Source of the DNA: a virus
Reading direction: 5' to 3' (one strand)
IMG/VR virus record: IMGVR_UViG_3300045988_167063
Length of the DNA: 64,000 nt
Part shown: one piece after another, positions 9,456 through 18,038 of the stretch
How the letters are laid out: each line of letters opens with the position of its first letter
Numbering within the stretch: the first letter of the stretch is position 1
Translations under genes and position numbers: made by a program
Notes under the pieces: generated by a model
The model's input: only the letters and a program-made list of their open reading frames with translations
Databases searched by the model: none
Told to the model about the DNA's origin: nothing

Positions 9456-10436
9456 TATTTCTACATACCTTGAGTAGCCACCTTAAACTATGTGAACTGT
9501 TTGCTTAACAGGTGTAGATATTTAATCTGCTAACGGTGGACTCTTTTAACAAAAGACAATACCGTGCCAAGCCTATTATTTATTTATAGGAAGGTGTATC
9601 GACTAATTAGTAGGGTTGAGATAAGCACAATCCGAAGTGCATAGGGTGTAAAGCAGAGTTGTCCTGCTACGCTAAGATATAGTCAGAAGGGAAAATAAAA
9701 TGTATAAATGTGATTTTTGTGGAAGAGAAAGTTTTAAAAAAATCAGATATGGTGGGTATACAGTATGTTCAAAACATATGCACCAAATGAATAAATACGG
9801 AAAAGTTTTAGATAATATTCCAAGAACAAATAATGACTTAAGTGATTTTGTCATAAAAGACAACCTTGTTTATTTTAATGTTTATAACCAAAAGAATATT
9901 AAAATAGGTGAATTTTTTATTGATAAATGTGATTTAGATAAAGTAAGATGGCACAAATGGAGAATAAGCAGTGGGCATATTGTGACAGGTCAACCTGCTA
10001 AAAAGCAACAAAAAGATGTAGGTCATATCATTTTAGGAACAAATCCAAGTGTTGATACTGTAATAGACCATAAAGACGGAAATCCTATGAATAATACAAG
10101 GGAAAATTTAAGAATTTGCCCTCAAAGCAAAAATGTATTAAATAAAAGATATATAAGTAATAATACAAGTAATTTTATAGGGGTTACTGCTGTAAAAGAT
10201 AGAAATGCTTATGACCCCGAAATTAGAATAAACTATAAAAGATGTCATTTAGGATATGAAAAAGATAAAAAACACGCTGTATACAAAAGATATATAGCCG
10301 AGGAATTACTCTTTGGTGAATATGTTAATGAAGAAGAACATAATAAAAAGAAAAACTTTACAAATGATATTCCACAAAACATCAAAAATGAATTGAAAGA
10401 AAAAACAATTCAAAAATTAAAAGCAAAAAACCTTTG
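9456..10436 (+). mobile_element. group I intron with HNH homing endonuclease ORF in nrdD
   Basis: 5' region shares TAAACTATGTGAACT, GCCAAG, GAAGTGCATAG and AAGATATAGTC with the first intron. Ends in G before GCA ATA AGT (AISYVEVPN). Confidence 0.65.
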
Positions 10437-10443
10437 GCAATAA
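9700..10443 (+). CDS. HNH homing endonuclease (intron-encoded)
   Basis: N-terminal Cys motif CDFCG...CSKH, HNH motif DHKDGNPMNNTRENLRICPQSKN, followed by an AP2-like FIGVT segment. Confidence 0.8.
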   Translation: MYKCDFCGRESFKKIRYGGYTVCSKHMHQMNKYGKVLDNIPRTNNDLSDFVIKDNLVYFNVYNQKNIKIGEFFIDKCDLDKVRWHKWRISSGHIVTGQPAKKQQKDVGHIILGTNPSVDTVIDHKDGNPMNNTRENLRICPQSKNVLNKRYISNNTSNFIGVTAVKDRNAYDPEIRINYKRCHLGYEKDKKHAVYKRYIAEELLFGEYVNEEEHNKKKNFTNDIPQNIKNELKEKTIQKLKAKNLWQ

Positions 10444-10685
10444 GTTATGTAGAAGTGCCAAATATGCAAAATAATATTTCTGCCGTTTTATCCGTAATTA
10501 AATACATTTATGACAATATTATGTATGCAGAACTTAACACGAAAAGTGATTATTGTCAAGTTTGTGGATATGACGGTGAAATTCAAATAGTCAAAGACGA
10601 GAACACAGGAAAATTGATTTGGAAATGCCCTAAATGCGGTAATACAAATCAAGACAAAATGAATGTGGCTCGGAGGACTTGTGGT
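10437..10685 (+). CDS. nrdD: NrdD exon 3
   Basis: AISYVEVPN..., Zn-ribbon CQVCG...CPKCG, ends ARRTCG (glycyl-radical motif RxCG) at ggT. Confidence 0.75.
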
Positions 10686-11634
10686 AGAAACTATATTGCC
10701 ACAATATAAAATAATTAAAATTCACGGGAAATCTAAACACAAAATGTGCAAGACAATCGTGAGCCAAGTCTATAAACATAATCTAAAGGGTGACAAAAAT
10801 ATATACAATAAATAAAGTTAAAACATATCCAAACCACGATATTAAACAAGTAAAAATTGATAATAAAATATATTATGTGTGTAATGTTTGTGGCAGATTG
10901 ATGTCAAAAAAAATTTCTGCAAACAAAAAAGTATGGTGTAATAAACACTATAAACAATTAAAAAAATATGGCAAACCAATAGATATAAACCCACGAACAA
11001 TTCTTGATAAAAACGAAATAAATGTTGTCGGAGATATTGCATATATCAATATTTACAATGACAAATGCGATGTAATAGCCATTACGACTATAAACGCAGA
11101 TGATGTAGATAAAGTTAAAAATACAAAGTGGAAATTATCAAATTCGGGTTATATTATGAATACACCAAAATTTAAAGGTTCAAACATACATTTATCACGA
11201 AGAATATTAGGTACAAATGATTTTGTAGACCACATAAACGGAGATAAATTGAATAATTGCAGAAATAATTTAAGAATAGTAACAAAATCACAAAATCAGA
11301 TGAATGTGAATTATAAAGGCGTATGCAAAACAAAATCCAATAAATTTTATGCATATATTAAAATAAATCAAAAACTATTAAATCTCGGTACTTATGTCGA
11401 TGAAGAAGAAACCTTATATGCAAGGTGGTATGCAGAAACTTTATTGTTTAAAGAATATCGTTATCCTAAAGAAGAACCAAATATTCTTGAAAACAGAAAA
11501 GAACAAATAAAAGATTATGTAAATAGAAAGGTGCAACGACTATAATAATTAACATTGCTCAACCAAAAAAATGGAGAGAATGTAAGGCATAGTCTACTCC
11601 CTCAATAAATATCGGGAAACCGAGGGTATAAAGG
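10686..11634 (+). mobile_element. group I intron with HNH homing endonuclease ORF in nrdD glycyl-radical motif
   Basis: Interrupts RRTCG|YIG. Contains GAGCCAAGTC and GGCATAGTCTACTCC core-like elements. Terminal G at 11634. Confidence 0.7.
10790..11545 (+). CDS. HNH homing endonuclease (intron-encoded), paralog of 9700..10443
   Basis: Same architecture: CNVCG...CNKHYKQLKKYGK, DHINGDKLNNCRNNLRIVTKSQN, then YKGV AP2-like segment. Confidence 0.8.
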   Translation: MTKIYTINKVKTYPNHDIKQVKIDNKIYYVCNVCGRLMSKKISANKKVWCNKHYKQLKKYGKPIDINPRTILDKNEINVVGDIAYINIYNDKCDVIAITTINADDVDKVKNTKWKLSNSGYIMNTPKFKGSNIHLSRRILGTNDFVDHINGDKLNNCRNNLRIVTKSQNQMNVNYKGVCKTKSNKFYAYIKINQKLLNLGTYVDEEETLYARWYAETLLFKEYRYPKEEPNILENRKEQIKDYVNRKVQRL

Positions 11635-11703
11635 TATATAGGAACTAATTTTTGGAACGAAGGTAGAACACAAGAGATAAAAGAGCGTGTATTACACCTT
11701 TAA
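11635..11703 (+). CDS. nrdD: NrdD exon 4 (C-terminal glycyl-radical tail)
   Basis: Hand translation gives YIGTNFWNEGRTQEIKERVLHL*. With exon 3 this gives RRTCGYIG...NEGR..EI.ERV.H, the canonical NrdD C-terminus. Confidence 0.8.
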   Translation, partial: YIGTNFWNEGRTQEIKERVLHL

Positions 11704-11770
11704 ACGCTCTACAACGCTCTACAACAAGTTTTTGCCTTTAATCAATGAAATTACATTAGGAGGATATAAA

Positions 11771-11977
11771 ATGCAATTTAAGACACATATAAAGGAAGTT
11801 GACGAGGCAGGGTTTATCACCTTTACTCGTGATGAACTCAATGAAGTGATGTTGGAGTCTTACCAAAGAGGATATAATGACGGACTTTATCAAGCCGTAC
11901 CTTATGATATTGATAAGACTGACAATAGACCGCCTATTATTAAAACAGTCAACGAGAATGAAATTATTTCAAAGTAA
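11771..11977 (+). CDS. hypothetical protein
   Basis: ATG 11771 after AGGAGG. The ORF-track start 11687 overlaps nrdD exon 4. Confidence 0.6.
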   Translation: MQFKTHIKEVDEAGFITFTRDELNEVMLESYQRGYNDGLYQAVPYDIDKTDNRPPIIKTVNENEIISK

Positions 11978-11996
11978 ATATTAGCAAGGTCGAAAA

Positions 11997-12026
11997 ATGG
12001 GAGATAGAACTTAATCTATCTCCCAT
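11997..12026. terminator. bidirectional stem-loop terminator between convergent blocks
   Basis: ATGGGAGATAG / CTATCTCCCAT 11-bp stem with 8-nt loop, T-rich on the plus side. Sits between the last plus gene and the endolysin stop. Confidence 0.6.
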
Positions 12027-12033
12027 AATTTAT

Positions 12034-12912
12034 TTATTTAACAAATTTCTTATTTTTATCTTTTTCCCAAACACAAAACCAACCGCTTGGAATTTTTGCC
12101 CAAAGATTACCACTTGAGGCAAGTTTTGTTTCACTAATAGTAATAGGTGTTTTTGCTTTTAAATATGCGTAATCATTTGCCTTTTTAGAAGTAGCATATT
12201 TCTTACCCATAGAAGTCAAGTCTTTAACTTTCTTTCTACCACTATTTGCTCCAACACCCTTATAGATACCACGCTCATTTGTAAGAGTATATGAACCTGC
12301 TTTAATAGTTGGTGCTTTAATCTTTGGCTTAGGCTTCTTATAACTTACAAGAAAATATGCCTTAGTTCTATCTGCTGTTGCCTTACCCATTTGAGTAACA
12401 CTAACCACACAACCTGTAGAAGTCTTTTTTACAATGCGTTGAGGTCTTTTGTAAGCATCGTACTTACCCGAATACATTTGAGGGTCAAGAACTTCAATAT
12501 TTTTCCCGTTCATTTTATAAGCAACTACAAAATGACCTGCGGTTGAAAAGACATTATACTTATCGCCTTGATTAGCAATGACAATTCCACCTTTTTTAAG
12601 ATGAGCGACAAGTTTATTTTCATCGTCTGTAATCTTAAACGAAAATTCCTTATGTTTTTTACACAATTCCGTTAAAAGCTTTTCAACATTTGTACCACTA
12701 TTGTCCCTACAATCGTGTGAGAGGCTGAATTTAGCCATTTTAGACACAGTATATAGTTCTTTGCCACAAAGATTATTAAAAGTCATACAAGCCGAGCAGA
12801 CACCACATCCTGAACTTGCCACTGTTTCCTTTTTCTTTGTGTTTGGATTGTCGTATGATACTTTGTCATAATTATTTTGATTGTAATAAAACTTTGCCAT
12901 TATATTACTCAC
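12034..12912 (-). CDS. endolysin: cysteine peptidase domain plus SH3-like cell-wall binding domain
   Basis: SSGCGVCSACMTF catalytic-Cys region and GHFVVAY His region (papain/C39-like). C-terminal SH3b-like GSYTLTN...LWAKIPSGWFCVW. Adjacent to the holin. Confidence 0.65.
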   Translation of the reverse strand: MSNIMAKFYYNQNNYDKVSYDNPNTKKKETVASSGCGVCSACMTFNNLCGKELYTVSKMAKFSLSHDCRDNSGTNVEKLLTELCKKHKEFSFKITDDENKLVAHLKKGGIVIANQGDKYNVFSTAGHFVVAYKMNGKNIEVLDPQMYSGKYDAYKRPQRIVKKTSTGCVVSVTQMGKATADRTKAYFLVSYKKPKPKIKAPTIKAGSYTLTNERGIYKGVGANSGRKKVKDLTSMGKKYATSKKANDYAYLKAKTPITISETKLASSGNLWAKIPSGWFCVWEKDKNKKFVK

Positions 12913-13144
12913 CCTTATCTAACTTTTTCTTATAGTTATCTGCCTTAATTGCATTGAGTGTGAAGCTATTATTTTTCCACCAAGTAGCAATTGAGGTGCA
13001 AATAAGAAAGACTAATGAAATAAATTGACTAATTTCATCGTCTGTAAATGGCAAAGTGTTCTTGCCTGTCATTTGAAGAATGATGTTAATAATTGCTACA
13101 AGTTGTAACACTGTTCTAATAATTGTTTCTTTTGATACTTTCAT
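12905..13144 (-). CDS. holin
   Basis: 79 aa, two hydrophobic helices, basic C-terminal tail, immediately upstream of the endolysin. Resembles LL-H/phi LC3-type holins. Confidence 0.65.
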   Translation of the reverse strand: MKVSKETIIRTVLQLVAIINIILQMTGKNTLPFTDDEISQFISLVFLICTSIATWWKNNSFTLNAIKADNYKKKLDKGE

Positions 13145-13160
13145 ATCTATTCCTTCCTAA

Positions 13161-13550
13161 TTAAACAAGCATAAATTTAATTGCACGAATGTCTTTAACT
13201 GACATTTCCTTTGGCAATCCTTTATCTTTTTCATATGTACTAACTTCGATTTCATTTTCAATGGCAAGAAGTTTGTCAACTTTTTCATTTGCCTCTTGAA
13301 ATTCTTTAATATGTTCTTCACGAACTATTGTTTTATTATCCTCGGTTATTTCAAAAACATTATGTTCTTGAAGCTTTTGAATAATATCTGCTCTATATCG
13401 TTCAAACTTTTCGACTATCGCCTTAAATTCCTCTTGATTTTCTTCTAAATCCCACGCAAGTTCAAGAGGAATTTCTTTGTCATTTTGCACAAATTCCTCA
13501 ATTTCTTTGTACTTTTCGATAATTTCATTTGTAGTCCACTTAATTTTCAT
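13161..13550 (-). CDS. acidic hypothetical protein
   Basis: ORF between fiber and holin. No recognisable motif. Confidence 0.55.
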   Translation of the reverse strand: MKIKWTTNEIIEKYKEIEEFVQNDKEIPLELAWDLEENQEEFKAIVEKFERYRADIIQKLQEHNVFEITEDNKTIVREEHIKEFQEANEKVDKLLAIENEIEVSTYEKDKGLPKEMSVKDIRAIKFMLV

Positions 13551-13555
13551 TGCAA

Positions 13556-15055
13556 TTACCTCTTTAAATTCTCAATTTGTTGTTTTAATTCTTCAATTTC
13601 TTTTTGTTGTTTTTGAACCATTGCTACTGTTGGTGCAATAAGTTCATCATAACTCAAAGTCCATTTTAAATCTTTATCTTCAACATCAGGACTATAAGGT
13701 TTTTCAATTTCTTTTCCATTTTTGTCTTTTGCTAATTGAATTGCCTGATACATTGAAATATCGCCTATTGTATTCTTTGCATTTTCAGCAATATCTTGGG
13801 CATAAAATCCCAAATGTGTTCTATGCCCATTATCTTTCCATTTATATTCAACAGGCTTTAAATTCATATAAAACTCATCAAGTTTATTTTCATCTTTTAA
13901 ATAAGCAATATGAGTTTTTGCTTTTTTATCTGATACTTGAGATAAAGAACCATAATAAACAGTTCCTGTACAATATATGCTTTGCCAAGCGTGGTTTGTT
14001 GTTCCTAATTTTAAAACATTTGTAACATCGGGTTGAAATACTCCGCCTTCACCATCATCGTATAAAGTAAGTCCACTTGCTTTAGATGCAGACAATCTAA
14101 CAGTAGCATTGCTATATAACATTAACGAATTGGAATTAGTTGGGTCGTTATAAATAGATGAGTTTTTTGCAACACTTATATTATTGCACTCTATAATTCC
14201 TGTTGCAGTTAAATTATATGTATTTAAAGCATTTGTGGCATAAATATATGGGGATTTTATATCATTATTACAAGTAATATTATAACCATAAAAATTACCA
14301 TTATGGTCTATAACAATCGGACTTGTTCCATCATCTTTATTAATCGATACACTATGTACAAAAGCATTTCCAGCATAAGTTATTGCTACTTTTGAAGTAT
14401 TATTTTTAGCAATAGAAACAGCTACTTCATCTTCACTTTCAGAACTTGGCTTTAAAATCTTAACAGATTTCTGAACATTATTGATAAGACTATCATAACC
14501 AATATATAAGTCGTTTCGAGTTATAGCTCTTGCCCAACCAGTCCAATTTGTGCCTTCCCACGAATTAAACCACTCGGTAGGAATACCATATTTATCTCTG
14601 CCAAAAATTCTTACATAAGTAGGGTTACCCTTTCCTCGCCCAACATCTCTTATTCCCAAAAGACAATCTTCGGGCATATTAGCAGTTGTACCCCAAGAAA
14701 CTAACTGTGTTTTATTCAATTCAAAGTTTTCATCTGTTGTTGAAATAGATAATGCATCAGTTAAAATATCTAAATCTTTAGCATAAGCAGGAATAAAATC
14801 TTTAAGTCCATTAACTATCTTTTTATTAGCTAATGGATATGGACTTTCTTTGTCAAAATCTTGGTCTACTTGAATAGTACCACCAATTTGAGTTCGTTTA
14901 ATTGTATCGTCACTTTGTTTGACATCATTATATATTTTATCGTTTCCCTCTTGGTCGATAGTCCATAAAACTTGACCGTCTTTGAGAGGGGTGCTTCTTA
15001 TATTTTCGAGGGTATCTCTTTTAAAGAGAACATCAACCGTGTTCTTTTCGCCCAT
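13556..15055 (-). CDS. tail fiber/spike with C-terminal intramolecular chaperone (peptidase S74) domain
   Basis: C-terminus SDKKAKTHIAY...LKPVEYKWKD...HLGFYAQDI...LSYDELIAPTVAMVQKQQKEIEELK matches the S74 auto-cleaving chaperone pattern. Confidence 0.7.
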   Translation of the reverse strand: MGEKNTVDVLFKRDTLENIRSTPLKDGQVLWTIDQEGNDKIYNDVKQSDDTIKRTQIGGTIQVDQDFDKESPYPLANKKIVNGLKDFIPAYAKDLDILTDALSISTTDENFELNKTQLVSWGTTANMPEDCLLGIRDVGRGKGNPTYVRIFGRDKYGIPTEWFNSWEGTNWTGWARAITRNDLYIGYDSLINNVQKSVKILKPSSESEDEVAVSIAKNNTSKVAITYAGNAFVHSVSINKDDGTSPIVIDHNGNFYGYNITCNNDIKSPYIYATNALNTYNLTATGIIECNNISVAKNSSIYNDPTNSNSLMLYSNATVRLSASKASGLTLYDDGEGGVFQPDVTNVLKLGTTNHAWQSIYCTGTVYYGSLSQVSDKKAKTHIAYLKDENKLDEFYMNLKPVEYKWKDNGHRTHLGFYAQDIAENAKNTIGDISMYQAIQLAKDKNGKEIEKPYSPDVEDKDLKWTLSYDELIAPTVAMVQKQQKEIEELKQQIENLKR

Positions 15056-15066
15056 ATTATCACTCC

Positions 15067-16563
15067 TTAACCTAATAATTCGGCAACTTTATTAAATTCT
15101 TGCGTTATAACTTTATTTTGCACGATATTTGTACTATCAATATCTAAAAAGTCCTCAATAATTATATATGTTGAAACATTCATTAAAGATATTGTTTGAG
15201 TATCACTTGTATTTATAGATTTAACAAGGCAAATCATAGTTTCATCTTGCCCATATTTATTTGGCAAAGTTACTTCGATTAAATCATTAACATCAAGCCA
15301 ATAAATCGGCACACAAGTTATCGTAATACTATTTTGTATTAAACACCTTTTATACAATTCATATTCAGCACAATCTTGACATTGCAAATCTGTATATAAA
15401 TTATCATAATTATCACCTTGCAAAACTATTCTAATTTTGCCTATTGAACCACCAACATAAAACGGACTCGCCACATTATTCTCTTGTGCAATTGCATAAG
15501 GTGTTATATGACCTAAAAACCTAAAATAATCACCATTTGCCACATATTTACATACATAATATGTATTTGGCTGATAGGTAGGATAATTACCTTTATCATC
15601 TACAATGGGTCTACTTCCAAGTTGATTTATAACTAATCCATATAATGTATTAAGTTGAGTGTCTTTTGGTGTTGTAAATCCGACTAAAAGTCCATCTGTG
15701 TATGACTTTATCTGTTCCATAATTAATCCAAATGCTTTACCATTGTCAACAATTGTGGCATCACTATAATTTGCAATAGTATGTGTTTGCCCATATACTT
15801 CAACGATATTTTTAACACTTTCAAAATCTGTTGAAACATTATAGTTAATCAACACATTATTCCAAAAATTATGATATGCAACAATCTCACCCTCATTTGC
15901 GTTCATAGGAATTTTATGATAATGAAACACTCCATCAACATCAAAATACATCTCATAATTATCTGCAATATTTAAAAGTTGACTTAATATATCATAAGCC
16001 GTTCCACCACTTGATATATTTATATCTTGTGGCACTTCATAAGGACATTCATCAATATCATACTTATCAAACCCAAATTCAGCATCAGTAATCGTGGCAA
16101 TCATAGCCTTACGAACATTTGAACCAGCAGGAATAATATATGACATTCCCTCAAGATAGCCATTTCTCATCCCTGTTAATTTTGACATTAAATCAACTAA
16201 TTTAAAAGATAATGTATTGTCTGTTGCCGAATACACTCTTTCAGGATTGTCAATAAGATAAATGCCCATATTAGTATAAACAGGTTCTCTTGTTGTTATA
16301 TCTTCGATTCCTACATAGACTTGAATATATTTATCAAGCCATATTGCACTGCCTGACTTTATTTCAAATGTTTGTGCTGTTGGAATAAGGCTAATACTAC
16401 AAGTTCGTCTTATATTACTTTCAGAGTCTATTGTAAAACTCGGAAAACCAACCACGACACCCTCTAAATTCCCAAAATCACTAAAATCATAATTCTTAAC
16501 TATAATCTTAGTGTGCAAAACTCTTGTAGGCTGTAAAGAAACATTATATTCCTCTTGTGTCAT
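15067..16563 (-). CDS. tail/baseplate structural protein
   Basis: Position downstream of the tape measure. C-terminal NIVQNKVITQEF motif is shared with other fiber-module proteins here. Confidence 0.45.
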   Translation of the reverse strand: MTQEEYNVSLQPTRVLHTKIIVKNYDFSDFGNLEGVVVGFPSFTIDSESNIRRTCSISLIPTAQTFEIKSGSAIWLDKYIQVYVGIEDITTREPVYTNMGIYLIDNPERVYSATDNTLSFKLVDLMSKLTGMRNGYLEGMSYIIPAGSNVRKAMIATITDAEFGFDKYDIDECPYEVPQDINISSGGTAYDILSQLLNIADNYEMYFDVDGVFHYHKIPMNANEGEIVAYHNFWNNVLINYNVSTDFESVKNIVEVYGQTHTIANYSDATIVDNGKAFGLIMEQIKSYTDGLLVGFTTPKDTQLNTLYGLVINQLGSRPIVDDKGNYPTYQPNTYYVCKYVANGDYFRFLGHITPYAIAQENNVASPFYVGGSIGKIRIVLQGDNYDNLYTDLQCQDCAEYELYKRCLIQNSITITCVPIYWLDVNDLIEVTLPNKYGQDETMICLVKSINTSDTQTISLMNVSTYIIIEDFLDIDSTNIVQNKVITQEFNKVAELLG

Positions 16564-16565
16564 AT

Positions 16566-18023
16566 TTATGCACTCCTTACCATTAACCCACTTGTATAAT
16601 AATCTTCTTGATTAGTCCAATCGCCTTGTTCAACATAATCAAAAGTTATTGACAATACACCATTTCCATAACTTGAATTATATGAAAATGTAGGTGAGCC
16701 ACCAATAGAAATAATTTTTGTGTTTCCGTTCCAATCAGTATAAAATTTAGTTAAACCATTTGTAAGGAACTCTATAATTTCTTCTTTTTGAGCGACAACA
16801 TCTGCCCTATTAACCTTTTTTGTTACTTCAAAGTTTTCGCCCAAAACAAGAAAGCTAATTTGACCCGACTCGTAATTTGTTTTTGCATTTTTAATTACAA
16901 TAGGATATTTTTTGCCAATAGGTTGCTGTATTGAAATCGGAATATTTTGAGAATTTGAACTATATTCAACAGCCGAATATAATTTGAAAATATTATATCT
17001 ATCTGAAATAAAACAAGAATTAAACACAATATTTACTTCTTTTTGCTCAATCAATACCGTTTCTTTATTTTTAATATACAATAATAAACTATAATTTATA
17101 ATTGAATTATTAGAAATAAAATTATCATAAGTTTCAAATTCTATATCTCTTTCTTCAGTAACATTTTTACCATAAACAAGATAACTATTTTTTGCCTTTT
17201 TATTTATATATTTTTTAGTCATCTCTATTCTTTCGATTTCATCAATATTGTAATCAATATTTCCTGCGTTGATATTATCCTTAAAATTACAATTCATTAT
17301 AGTATTATTAGTCCAATTTGACTTATCTAAAGAAAATGGCAAATTAACATCATCTGTTAAATCCCAATATTGATATACACCATTTGTTAATTCAACATAA
17401 TTTAATGGAGTAATGTTAATGTCATTATTCATTTCCCCTATAAATTTAACCGTATTGTCTAAATCAATAGAACTAAACTCATAATCTATTGTTGAACTTT
17501 TATTATATTCAACATTGCTCACTCCACCATTTTCTATCCATTGAAATAATGTAGGAGTATACTCAAAAGCTGTTAAAATCAATTCGTAATCGTTGCCTTT
17601 TTTCTTTACCCAAATCATAAGTCGAGTAAGATTATTGATTAAATTGACATAATTAGATTTTTGTTGCACTTTAAGAACATTGTTTTCATAACCTTGTAAA
17701 ACAAAACAATCTTTACTTTTATTATCCACTTCAACATATTCTCTTGCCCAATGCAACTTAAAATAATTGCCTGTACTTTTATCACCTAAATAACAAAAGT
17801 CCTCATCTATTCTTGAAGGCTTCATCCATATTCTTAATAAAAAATTAGCCTTAATATTAATATAATCGGAGTTCCAAATTAAATAATCATTAGTTAAGTC
17901 AAGACCGTCATTATAAATAACTTTTTTTCTTGTTTCACCTTGAATAGAAAATAAATTACTTTTTAAATCAACATTTCCCTTATTGCAGTTTGGATTAACT
18001 TCAAAATAATCATAATCAGCCAT
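16566..18023 (-). CDS. tail structural protein
   Basis: Position in the tail module. No motif recognised. Confidence 0.4.
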   Translation of the reverse strand: MADYDYFEVNPNCNKGNVDLKSNLFSIQGETRKKVIYNDGLDLTNDYLIWNSDYINIKANFLLRIWMKPSRIDEDFCYLGDKSTGNYFKLHWAREYVEVDNKSKDCFVLQGYENNVLKVQQKSNYVNLINNLTRLMIWVKKKGNDYELILTAFEYTPTLFQWIENGGVSNVEYNKSSTIDYEFSSIDLDNTVKFIGEMNNDINITPLNYVELTNGVYQYWDLTDDVNLPFSLDKSNWTNNTIMNCNFKDNINAGNIDYNIDEIERIEMTKKYINKKAKNSYLVYGKNVTEERDIEFETYDNFISNNSIINYSLLLYIKNKETVLIEQKEVNIVFNSCFISDRYNIFKLYSAVEYSSNSQNIPISIQQPIGKKYPIVIKNAKTNYESGQISFLVLGENFEVTKKVNRADVVAQKEEIIEFLTNGLTKFYTDWNGNTKIISIGGSPTFSYNSSYGNGVLSITFDYVEQGDWTNQEDYYTSGLMVRSA

Positions 18024-18038
18024 TTGCTTTCACCCCTC

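Noticed and set aside
13729-14025. Numerous antisense or overlapping ORFs in the track, for example 3979..4167, 4373..4627, 5759..6304, 18683..19629, 20103..20300, 22458..23386, 25823..26047, 26438..26913, 27306..28286, 39785..40307, 44216..44431, 45224..45822, 47887..48168, 53212..53454, 55283..55823, 57499..57684, 60180..60461, 62817..63080
   Set aside because: Each lies opposite or inside a longer ORF with recognisable motifs or an operon context, lacks an RBS, and has Leu/Phe/Ile/Ser-rich shadow-frame composition.
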